Origin: an uncultured Pseudomonadota bacterium
Lineage (GTDB): Bacteria; Pseudomonadota; Alphaproteobacteria; RF32; CAG-239
NCBI GenBank assembly: GCA_902785935.1
Contig: CADAAN010000003.1
Coordinates: 33,035-97,034 of the forward strand
Direction of reading: 5' to 3'
DNA length: 64,000 nt
Below are positions 19,215 through 27,504 of the stretch, one piece after another. The position numbers and the translations under genes are program-made. How positions within the stretch are numbered: position 1 is the stretch's first letter; each line of letters opens with the position of its first letter. The notes under the pieces were generated by a model. That model did not search any database, had not been told where the DNA came from, and saw only the letters and a list, made by a program, of their open reading frames with translations.

Positions 19215-20007
19215 ATGAGAAAAAGTCAATTTATATTTGTATTAATGCTTAGCACAGCTTTAGGTTTAGCAAATGTTTATGCCGGCGGTTCGTGCGCACC
19301 TGATGGTGACACAACAAGCACATGCCATTGGGAAATTGAAAACAGAGTCCTGACAATTTCGGGTTCAGGTGCGATGGTGAATTATAGTTCACCATCTATG
19401 TATCCTTGGTATTCACAAAAAGATTCTTATACATCCGTTGTGGTTGAGGGAGCTAATGAAACAACAGGAACGACAGGTGTTACTTCAATCGCAAAAGTGG
19501 CATTTCGAGGCAACAACCTGACCTCGGTTGTGATTCCCGATTCTGTTACTTCAATCGGACTGGGTGCATTTTATAGCAACAACCTGACCTCGGTTGTGAT
19601 TCCGGATTCTGTTACTTCAATCGGAAGGATGGCATTTTGGGGTTCTCAAGCAACGGATTTAGTCTGCAGTGCCGAAAATTTGCAAAGATATTTGGGTGCA
19701 GCTGGCGCATTTGTAAATTCGGGCGACATTAACCTCTCTTGCACAACAGGCATTTGTAAATTCGGGCGACATTAACCTCTCTTGCACAACAGGTGATTGT
19801 CAAGCCGTTTTGGAAGCTTGGGATACAGCAAAAGGTACAAATTACGCATCGCGCGCAAAAACAATCCTGACAAATCAGGACGGAAGTAAGACAATTTACG
19901 ATTTGAGCGGAAATTTGCTCGGCTATAAAGGCAAGCGCATTTACACCGTTGAAGAGGCCAATCAAGTTGCAGGCAAAGTCAATTCGGTCAAGATAAGGTA
20001 TCGATGA
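19215..20007 (+). pseudogene. BspA-type leucine-rich-repeat secreted protein, disrupted by a frameshifting 43-bp tandem duplication
   Basis: Signal peptide, BspA-like LRRs (VVIPDSVTSIG... twice), a stop after the duplication, and the C-terminal conserved domain (KRIYTVEEANQVAGKVNSVKIRYR) continuing in another frame. Removing one 43-bp copy restores a 249-aa ORF. Confidence 0.65.
19708..19793. repeat. Perfect 43-bp tandem duplication (catttgtaaattcgggcgacattaacctctcttgcacaacagg x2) inside the LRR gene
   Basis: 19708-19750 is identical to 19751-19793. 43 is not a multiple of 3. Confidence 0.85.
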
Positions 20008-20010
20008 GGG

Positions 20011-20150
20011 TGAGATCCGCGGGACTTCGCCCGCGGATAACAATAAGGGACAGGTCGCCCGATGTGGGGCACGCCCGTTAATGACAGGATAAATGCGGGG
20101 CACGCCCGCAGATAACAAAGGAATACACCCGCGGACAACCATAGGGCTGT
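20011..20150. repeat. G+C-rich degenerate repeat cluster: a hairpin ccgcgggacttcgcccgcgg, ggggcacgcccg twice, and cccgcRgaYaacaa three times
   Basis: Seen by eye in an otherwise AT-rich intergenic region immediately 3' of the LRR pseudogene. Confidence 0.4.
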
Positions 20151-20274
20151 TTTGTTTCGTTCAATATAGGTCAAATCACTATTTTTTTAATCTTAAATGT
20201 GATTTTGTTGTTGCAATTTATTTTATTTGATTTATTAGTGTTTGGTATAAAGAACTAATATTTTGAGGATAAAT

Positions 20275-21858
20275 ATGAACGAATATCGTACACACACCTG
20301 CGGCGAGCTCCGCAGCACGGATGTCGGCAAAAGGGTTTTGCTTGCCGGCTGGATACATCGCAAACGCAATTTAGGCAATTTGTGCTTTGTTGATCTTCGA
20401 GATCATTACGGCATCACACAGTGCGTGTTCGATTCGTCCTCGGATTTGTTTGAAAAAATTCAAAACCTGCGTGTTGAGAGCGTCATCGGTGTTGAAGGTG
20501 AAGTCGTGATGCGTGAAAGCATCAATAAAAATATCAAAACGGGCGATATCGAAATCAAAGTGCAAAATCTTGTTGTGCATTCTGAAGCGGACCAAATACC
20601 TTTTCAGGTTGCATTTGAAGATGATTCGCCCGAAGAATTGCGCCTCAAATACCGCTTTTTGGATTTAAGACGTGAACGTGTTCACAACAATATTATGCTG
20701 CGCTCAAAAGTCATCAAACGTATGCGTGAACTCATGATTGAGCAAGGTTTTACAGAATATCAAACTCCGATTTTGACGGCCTCTTCTCCTGAAGGTGCGC
20801 GTGACTTTTTGGTGCCTTCGCGCATTAATCCGGGCAGATTTTACGCATTGCCCCAGGCGCCGCAACAATTCAAGCAACTTTTGATGGTTTCAGGCTTTGA
20901 TAAATATTTTCAGATTGCGCCGTGTTTCAGGGATGAAGATCCGCGTGCTGACCGTTCTCCGGGCGAATTTTACCAACTTGATATGGAGATGAGTTTTGCC
21001 ACCCAAGAAGATGTTTTTGCTGTCTTAGAATATACAATGGGTACGATTTTTGAAGAATTTTCAAACGGCAGAAAAGTTTCAAAAGCACCATTTATCCGCA
21101 TTCCGTTTAAAGAAGCGATGCTTAAATACGGCTCGGATAAACCAGATTTAAGAAATCCGCTTGTTATTCAAGACGCCACAGGGTTGTTTGGTCATTCGGG
21201 ATTTAGCGTTTATGATACAAAAGTTGCCGAGGGCGAAAAAATCAGAGCGATTGTTTTGCCTGCATGCGGTGACAAACCACGTTCATTTTTTGATAAATTT
21301 GACGCTTTTGCCAAAGAAAATAATATGGGCGGCATGGCCTATATCGCTTTTTCTTCAAACGGGGCAAAGGGTCTTGCAAAACTTTTTGATGAGGTCAAAT
21401 TGGCTGAAATCAAAAACAGCTTAAATATCAAAGACGGCGATGCCGTGCTTTTGATGGCGGGCAAAGAAAAAGTTTTGAACAAATTTGCGGGTCTTACACG
21501 CAACAAGGCCGGCGAAGCGCTTGATTTGTTTGAAAAAGATGCTTTCAAATTGTGCTGGATTGTTGATTTTCCGTTTTATGAAGAAAATGAAGAAACGGGT
21601 GCGGTTGAATTTTCACACAACCCGTTCTCAATGCCTCAAGGCGGTATGGACGCTTTATTAAACAAAAATCCGCTTGATATTTTGGCTTATCAATATGATA
21701 TGGTATGTAACGGGGTGGAATTAGCATCCGGTGCAGTACGCAATCACAGGCCAGAAATTATGTATAAAGCCTTTGAAATTGCAGGTTATGATCACAGCGT
21801 TGTGGACTTGATCGTACGGTTATGCTCCTTTTGGATGAGCCGATTATCAGAGATGTGA
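20275..21858 (+). CDS. aspS: Aspartate--tRNA ligase. The C-terminal motif-3 region ([23 protein letters not shown]...) is in the -1 frame and ends at 21971, so there is an apparent frameshift.
   Basis: N-terminal OB fold and class IIb catalytic core. Frame A stops at 21858, while the conserved GLDR...RDVI.FP C-terminus is readable only in another frame from about 21804. Confidence 0.75.
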   Translation: MNEYRTHTCGELRSTDVGKRVLLAGWIHRKRNLGNLCFVDLRDHYGITQCVFDSSSDLFEKIQNLRVESVIGVEGEVVMRESINKNIKTGDIEIKVQNLVVHSEADQIPFQVAFEDDSPEELRLKYRFLDLRRERVHNNIMLRSKVIKRMRELMIEQGFTEYQTPILTASSPEGARDFLVPSRINPGRFYALPQAPQQFKQLLMVSGFDKYFQIAPCFRDEDPRADRSPGEFYQLDMEMSFATQEDVFAVLEYTMGTIFEEFSNGRKVSKAPFIRIPFKEAMLKYGSDKPDLRNPLVIQDATGLFGHSGFSVYDTKVAEGEKIRAIVLPACGDKPRSFFDKFDAFAKENNMGGMAYIAFSSNGAKGLAKLFDEVKLAEIKNSLNIKDGDAVLLMAGKEKVLNKFAGLTRNKAGEALDLFEKDAFKLCWIVDFPFYEENEETGAVEFSHNPFSMPQGGMDALLNKNPLDILAYQYDMVCNGVELASGAVRNHRPEIMYKAFEIAGYDHSVVDLIVRLCSFWMSRLSEM

Positions 21859-22078
21859 TTATCTTCCCCTTAAACGGCAAGGCTCAGGATTTGTTGATGC
21901 AGGCTCCGAACACCGTTTCCGAGGAGCAGTTAAAAGAGCTTCATATTAAACTTGATTTAGAAGAAAAATAAAATTTCTTAAGTCATTACTTTGATGTCAT
22001 TTTATTTTTAGGCGCAAATGCCGAGAATTAAAAAAAGTTGTGTTTGCGCTTGAAAAGAGCATTAAAAAGGATATAAAA

Positions 22079-22900
22079 ATGCAAAAATTCAGCTTTCATA
22101 CGCATACTGTTTTTTCAGACGGCAAAAACAGTATTCAAGAGATGGTTGAAAAAGCAAAGCTGCTCGGCTTTGATAAAATCGGTATTTCAGATCACTTGAT
22201 TGTGCATAAAAACATCACTCAAACGCGTTCGTATGAAGAGCAAAAAAGAATCTATCACCAAAGTTTTGATGAAGTTGTCGCAGCGTGCAATAAACATGCC
22301 GAGGATATCAGAAAAGCACAAAAAACTTATGGTGTGAAGACTTTTGTGGGCTACGAGGTTGATTATTTTACATATAAAGGTTGGGAAGATGAATTAAGAG
22401 ATTTTTTAACAAAAATCGATTATGATTATATCATCAGCGGCAATCATTTTTTGATGAGTGAAGATGGTGAAAAAATCTTCGATATATGGCGCTTTAAAGA
22501 TTGTGACGACGCTCTCAAAGGAGATATAAAAACGTATATCAAACGCCATTTTGAAACACTTGCAAAAGCTGTTCGTTCAAATTTATTTATGTTTTTGGCG
22601 CATCCCGATTATGTGCAAAAAATTGAGGTTTATCGCGAGCAGGATTATCAAAGTGAAATCAATGCGTTGATTGACGCTTTAATGCAGACAAACACACCCT
22701 GCGAAATCAGCACAAAAGGCTTAAGAAAATTCGGGCATTTTTTTCCGTCAGATCATATTTTGCAAAAAATGCTTAAACAAAACATTGCCTTTATCATCAG
22801 TGATGACGCACACAACATTGATGAGCTTGGCATATATTTTGAAAAAGCAGAAGAACAACTTGCCTCGTTTGGCTGCAAAAAAAGGCTTATACCCGAATAG
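22079..22900 (+). CDS. PHP-domain phosphoesterase (HisJ-like histidinol-phosphatase family)
   Basis: FSFHTHTVFSDG...ISDH motifs of the PHP fold. Confidence 0.6.
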   Translation: MQKFSFHTHTVFSDGKNSIQEMVEKAKLLGFDKIGISDHLIVHKNITQTRSYEEQKRIYHQSFDEVVAACNKHAEDIRKAQKTYGVKTFVGYEVDYFTYKGWEDELRDFLTKIDYDYIISGNHFLMSEDGEKIFDIWRFKDCDDALKGDIKTYIKRHFETLAKAVRSNLFMFLAHPDYVQKIEVYREQDYQSEINALIDALMQTNTPCEISTKGLRKFGHFFPSDHILQKMLKQNIAFIISDDAHNIDELGIYFEKAEEQLASFGCKKRLIPE

Positions 22901-23023
22901 GCAGCCTTAATCCATCCGGTCAATTAAAAAATTATCAACCAAGGATTATATTGTTTTGAGCTTTGACGGGCATATATAAATGTCGGTATTTAACTTTAAT
23001 ATTCAAATAAAGGAGAAAAAAAG

Positions 23024-23143
23024 ATGGCTTGTAAATGTCCGTCATCAAAATCTGAAAAATCAAAGAGCTCAACCGTTCAATCCGAAAGAGAAGAACAATC
23101 TTCTTTAAAATCGGAAAACAGCTCTAAAAAAAGCACAAAATAA
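23024..23143 (+). CDS. Small hydrophilic ORF (39 aa, MACKCPSSKSEKSKSSTVQSEREEQSSLKSENSSKKSTK)
   Basis: Strong AAAGGAG RBS 7 nt upstream, followed by a terminator hairpin. It was not in the ORF track because it is under 60 aa. Confidence 0.3.
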   Translation: MACKCPSSKSEKSKSSTVQSEREEQSSLKSENSSKKSTK

Positions 23144-23168
23144 ATAATGATATAAAAAACAAAAAAAA

Positions 23169-23200
23169 TATCCCCTGATATGAAACGGGGATATTTTTTA
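23169..23200. terminator. Bidirectional terminator (atatcccc-N11-ggggatat with A and T runs)
   Basis: Perfect 8-bp stem, A-run upstream and T-run downstream. Confidence 0.6.
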
Positions 23201-23214
23201 TTGTTTCAAGAAAA

Positions 23215-23664
23215 CTATTTTTTCTTTGCTTCTTTTTTTGTTTCTTTGAGTTCAGAAGTGCAGTGCGGGCAACGCGTTGCATTGATTGAAATTTCAGAAA
23301 AACAATACGGGCAGGTTTTTGTTGTCGGCTCTGCTTTTTCTTCAGCTTTTTCTTTGGCAATCATCTTTTCTTGCAAAGTATTGATGGCTTTGATAAGCAA
23401 AAAGACGGCAAATGCAACAATCAAAAAGCTGATCAGCGCATTGATAAATGCACCGTATCTGATAGCGACATCATCCGTTAAGGCAAATTTGAGCTCAGAA
23501 AAATCAACTTTACCCAAAAGCAATCCGATCGGCGGCATCAAAACATCTTCGACGAGCGAATTGACGATTTTGCCGAAAGCAGCACCGATGATGATACCGA
23601 CAGCCATATCGATGACATTGCCGCGCATCGCAAACTTTTTGAATTCATTAAAAAAACTTTTCAT
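23215..23664 (-). CDS. mscL: Large-conductance mechanosensitive channel with a C-terminal Cys4 zinc-ribbon extension
   Basis: [34 protein letters not shown] is an MscL signature. The tail carries CPYC...CPHC. Confidence 0.85.
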   Translation of the reverse strand: MKSFFNEFKKFAMRGNVIDMAVGIIIGAAFGKIVNSLVEDVLMPPIGLLLGKVDFSELKFALTDDVAIRYGAFINALISFLIVAFAVFLLIKAINTLQEKMIAKEKAEEKAEPTTKTCPYCFSEISINATRCPHCTSELKETKKEAKKK

Positions 23665-23853
23665 AAGTAAATACTCCGATGATTAATTTTATAAACGATT
23701 ATAGTGATACGCTATTTGGTTAAAATAGTCAACATCTTATTTTGCAAAAATAGTCTTCAGATGCGCAAAATTTAAATTTTTGCCCTTGACAAATATTCTG
23801 ATTTGGATAAAATGAAAGAAAATTGATATTATGTTAAATTTAAAATTTTTAGT

Positions 23854-24399
23854 ATGGAGTTAAGTTATTATTCAGAAATCCGTCAGAAAGCAGATGCAAA
23901 AATTCCGACGGTGAACGATTTGACACCGGCAATCGTTAATCATCTTAAAAAAGCAACGGATGTCATCAAAAACGAAGGCAAAGAGGGCTTTAGGGCTTTT
24001 TACGAAGCTCATAAAAATGACTTTAATGGCTTTGCCTGGTTTGTCTATGACCACCGTGGTGTGTATGATCGTCAACGTTTTTTGTACAACTGGCAGACGC
24101 TGACCCCGTATGTTGAGGCAATTTTCAAACTTGGGCTCAAAGCCCCTCATCGTGAACGCTTTATTGAGTTGATCAATCGGTATGATTTGGTTATCTATGC
24201 CCTGGACGACAAGGATGTTGTGCGTTTTGCCCTGAGCAATTTAAACTTCTACATCGAAAGCAATATGTTTATCTCTACCGTTGAGGGGAAAAACTGCAGG
24301 CTTATCGAACAAATGTATGAAGAATTGAAAAAGTATGCCGATACGCCCTATTCGCCGCAATGGTGCCTTTATGTGGTATTGAAAAAATACCTTGACTAA
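23854..24399 (+). CDS. Hypothetical protein (181 aa)
   Basis: ORF with a TTGACA-17-GATAAAAT promoter upstream; no recognised domain. Confidence 0.45.
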   Translation: MELSYYSEIRQKADAKIPTVNDLTPAIVNHLKKATDVIKNEGKEGFRAFYEAHKNDFNGFAWFVYDHRGVYDRQRFLYNWQTLTPYVEAIFKLGLKAPHRERFIELINRYDLVIYALDDKDVVRFALSNLNFYIESNMFISTVEGKNCRLIEQMYEELKKYADTPYSPQWCLYVVLKKYLD

Positions 24400-24508
24400 A
24401 AAAACACCCCTTTATCTTTTGCGATAAAGGGGCTTGTTTTATGATATCAAAAAATAAAAATATATTTCCTTTATTGTTTTTTAAGAAAAACATTTATATA
24501 ATATTTTC

Positions 24509-24700
24509 AGCACTGAAAAGTGCGGGGCTTCTAAAAGTCTTACCATACACGGCAAAGGATATGTGCCGTAAAAATATATCCCCGATGATGGCTCGGGGAG
24601 CTTATAGCGTATGTTCAAGGATTTATCCTAAAGGTTATAAGAGTCAGCTCGTAATGATGATTGTTTTACTCTCCGACCGCTTTTTAAAGTGGTCTTTTTT
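24509..24700 (+). ncRNA. Candidate small RNA or cis-acting leader, copy 1 (predicted transcription start to terminator)
   Basis: -35 at 24474-24479, -10 at 24497-24502, hairpins gcac-tgaaaa-gtgc, cggca-N9-tgccg, ccccga-N7-tcgggg, terminator at 24675-24700. Confidence 0.35.
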
Positions 24701-24795
24701 CTTTAACCACAGTCTAAGGAGAATAAAATGATATCAAAAAATAAAAATCTGTTTCTTTTATTGTTTTTTAAGAAAAACATTTATATAATATTTTC

Positions 24796-24984
24796 AGCAC
24801 TGAAAAGTGCGGAGTTTCTAAAAGCTCTTAACTACTCGGCAAAGGATATGTGCCGTAAAAATATATCCCCGAATTTTTGGTCGGGGTGCTTTCAGCGTAT
24901 GTTCAAGGTTTTCCCAAAGGCTGAAAGGTCATTAGTAGTTATGATTTTTAGACTCTCCGACCGCTTTTTGAGTGGTCTTTTTTC
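24796..24984 (+). ncRNA. Candidate small RNA or leader, copy 2
   Basis: -35 at 24761-24766, -10 at 24784-24789. Same hairpins with loop changes (ccccga-atttttgg-tcgggg). Terminator at 24959-24984. Confidence 0.35.
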
Positions 24985-25078
24985 TTTAACCACAGTCTAA
25001 GGAGAATAAAATGACATCAAAAAATAAAAATTTGCTTCTTTTATTGTTTTTTAAGAAAAACATTTATATAATACTTTC

Positions 25079-25210
25079 AGCACTGAAAAGTGCGGGGCTT
25101 AAAACAGCCTTACCATACACGGCAAAGGATATATGCCGTAAAAATATATCCCCGATGATGGCTCGTATGATTTTTAGACTCTCCGACCGCTTTTTAAAGT
25201 GGTCTTTTTT
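25079..25210 (+). ncRNA. Candidate small RNA or leader, copy 3 (internally shortened), directly preceding the RBS of the 25238 gene
   Basis: -35 at 25044-25049, -10 at 25067-25072, terminator at 25185-25210. Confidence 0.35.
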
Positions 25211-25237
25211 CATTAATTTTAATGCGGGGAGAATAAA

Positions 25238-25627
25238 ATGATGTCATCACAAAATTGGTCGCTTAACGGGCTTATCAAATACACGGTAGAATATGAAAAA
25301 TACGAACCCATTCTTGATTATTATCTCAAAAAAAGTGTAGATTATTTGTCAGACAGCCAAAAAATCGATGTTATGCAACAAATTGCAAAAATCACTGATA
25401 ACCATATCTCTTTTGCCGGTATTTTGGCCTGTATCTATTTTAAAAACAGTGATAAAAATCCAAAAATTTGCCACCAAATAGAACAACTTGACGGTATGAA
25501 TAAGATATTAAAATACCTTAAAAAATACGTTTCACCAACGACATTTGATGAGGCAATCCAAAACATCGTGGAAGAAAAACTTTATGGTTATTTTCGAAAA
25601 ATAAAGCAAAAAACGTACCTTTTATAA
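25238..25627 (+). CDS. Hypothetical protein (129 aa) downstream of the triplicated leader
   Basis: GGAGA RBS. Its first ~20 nt resemble the start of each repeat unit. Confidence 0.5.
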   Translation: MMSSQNWSLNGLIKYTVEYEKYEPILDYYLKKSVDYLSDSQKIDVMQQIAKITDNHISFAGILACIYFKNSDKNPKICHQIEQLDGMNKILKYLKKYVSPTTFDEAIQNIVEEKLYGYFRKIKQKTYLL

Positions 25628-25728
25628 CTTTTTAAAAGCAATAAAACGGGGCGAAAGTCTTTTTACCTTTCAAAACACGGGTAAACGGACCTTCGCCCTG
25701 CAAATATGTACAAAAGTCGCCTTAACAC

Positions 25729-27492
25729 TTATTTATAAAGCGGGCGCTTTTGGTATTTTGTATGAAGCAAATGGTGCGACTTTTCATCACCCGGTTTGCC
25801 TAAATAATCAGCGTAGAGCTTTTGAATCGATTCGTTCTTGTGTGACAGTCTGTTTTGAGCACACTGATCTTCACAGTTCAAGCCTCTTGAACGCAATTTT
25901 CTGATTTCATCATTAATGCCCCAAGGCTTATCAAACGTTGCACCCATCACACGCGGTTGACCACCGCCGGCAATACATCCGCCGGGGCAAGCCATCACTT
26001 CAATAAAGTGATACGGCAATTCTCTGCCTTCAGCGATTGCCTTATTGATTTGTTCCATCACGGGTTCAACATTGCCGACGCCGTTGACAACAGCAATGCG
26101 CACTTTTGTCCCTTTAATATCAACTTCGGCAACCTTAACAGCTTCTAAACCTTCAATTGCGTGAAAATTGAGCTCACCCAATTCTTCACCCGTGATGAAG
26201 AAATAAGCCGATCTTAAAGCCGCCGTCATCACACCGCCGGTTACACCGAAAATCGTCGCCGCACCTGAATACTCACCCAAAGGATTGTCAGCAGGTTCTT
26301 CTTTCAAGTTCTTAAAGTTGATGCCGGCTTTTTTTATCATCTTGGCAAGCTCACGTGTCGTGATAACTTCATCAACATCCTGATATCCTGATGATGACAT
26401 TGTTTCATCACGTGCAATTTCCCACTTTTTGGCTGTGCAAGGCATGACTGATACAACTTTAACTTTTGCTGCATCAACACCGGCTTTTTGTGCCCAATAT
26501 GTTTTAGCTATTGCGCCAACCATTTCATGCGGCGATTTGCAAGATGACAAATTCGGGATATTTTCGGGATAATATTTTTCGAGATAGTCCACCCATGCCG
26601 GACAGCATGAAGTGAACATCGGTAAATTGTCGTTAGACGTAAAGCGTTTGATAAACTCTGATGCCTCTTCCATAATCGTTAAATCGGCGCCGAAGTTTGT
26701 GTCAAAAACCTTTGCAAAACCCAAACGACGCAATGCCGCATAAATTTTGCCCGTTAAATTTTCACCAAAATCAAAACCGAATTCTTCACCCAAAGCGACT
26801 CTGACAGCAGGTGCAATTTGCACCACAGTCGTCAATTCTTTATCGGCAAGCATGGCTTCAACCTTTGAGGTGTTGTCATAATCTGTAATAGCACCTGTCG
26901 GACAGTGCGCTGCGCATTGACCACATTTGATACACGGCGAATCGCCGAGTTTTGTATCATTTGCACCGGTGACTTTGGTTACAAAACCACGATTTAAGTA
27001 GCTTAAAGCCCACACATTTTGCACATTCTGACAAATGCTGACGCATCTGCCGCAAACAATACATTTTTGAGGGTCTAAAACAATGGCTTTTGTCGTGTCA
27101 TCTTTCGGCTCGGATGAAAGCATACGGATAATCTCGTTTTGGTCAATACCCATTTGCTCGCTCATGGCCTGCAATTCGCAAGAGCCGCTTCTTGAGCAGT
27201 TTAAGCAATCATTCGGATGATGGCTCAAAATCAGCTTCAAAACCGTCTTTCTGATTTCCTGTAACTCGGCATCGTTCGTGATGATTTCCATATTTTCGGA
27301 AACAGGCGTACAGCATGAACGCATAATTCTTCCGCCAACTTTAACGATACACATACCACATCCGGCACTTGGGTCAACATCGGGGTGTTTGCAAAGTGTC
27401 GGAATTTCTACCTGAACACTGCGCGCAGCGTCCAAAATGCTTGTGCCGGCAGGAACTTCAACATCCATATTATTGATTTTTAATTTAACCAT
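25729..27492 (-). CDS. hydA: [FeFe]-hydrogenase catalytic subunit (HydA/HndD type)
   Basis: N-terminal 2Fe-2S ferredoxin, 4Fe-4S Cys clusters, H-cluster motifs (TSCCPAW, MPCTAKK, CPGGCIAGGGQP). Confidence 0.85.
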   Translation of the reverse strand: MVKLKINNMDVEVPAGTSILDAARSVQVEIPTLCKHPDVDPSAGCGMCIVKVGGRIMRSCCTPVSENMEIITNDAELQEIRKTVLKLILSHHPNDCLNCSRSGSCELQAMSEQMGIDQNEIIRMLSSEPKDDTTKAIVLDPQKCIVCGRCVSICQNVQNVWALSYLNRGFVTKVTGANDTKLGDSPCIKCGQCAAHCPTGAITDYDNTSKVEAMLADKELTTVVQIAPAVRVALGEEFGFDFGENLTGKIYAALRRLGFAKVFDTNFGADLTIMEEASEFIKRFTSNDNLPMFTSCCPAWVDYLEKYYPENIPNLSSCKSPHEMVGAIAKTYWAQKAGVDAAKVKVVSVMPCTAKKWEIARDETMSSSGYQDVDEVITTRELAKMIKKAGINFKNLKEEPADNPLGEYSGAATIFGVTGGVMTAALRSAYFFITGEELGELNFHAIEGLEAVKVAEVDIKGTKVRIAVVNGVGNVEPVMEQINKAIAEGRELPYHFIEVMACPGGCIAGGGQPRVMGATFDKPWGINDEIRKLRSRGLNCEDQCAQNRLSHKNESIQKLYADYLGKPGDEKSHHLLHTKYQKRPLYK

Positions 27493-27504
27493 TTTAATTT
27501 TCTC

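Larger units (their letters stand above)
24441..25237 (+). repeat. Three tandem ~285-bp units. Each contains a promoter (TTGTTT-17 bp-TATAAT), a stem-loop-rich ~190-nt segment, an intrinsic terminator (gaccgc-N8-gtggtc plus T6), then RBS plus ATG.
   Basis: Units at 24441-24727, 24728-25010 and 25011-25237 align end to end. Indels between copies break the frame of the tracked 'ORFs' but preserve the hairpin stems. Confidence 0.85.

Noticed and set aside
20011-20150. CRISPR-like or mini-array
   Set aside because: The repeats are irregular in length and spacing and degenerate. There are no cas genes.
24441-25237. CRISPR array
   Set aside because: The repeats are ~285 bp, contiguous and ~90% identical along their whole length. 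There are no short repeats alternating with unique spacers, and no cas genes.
24441-25241. The tracked ORFs MISKNKN... (96, 90 and 76 aa) as real proteins
   Set aside because: Each would span an embedded promoter and an intrinsic terminator. Indels between the copies shift the reading frame while preserving the hairpins, and the homologous DNA is read in different frames in different copies.
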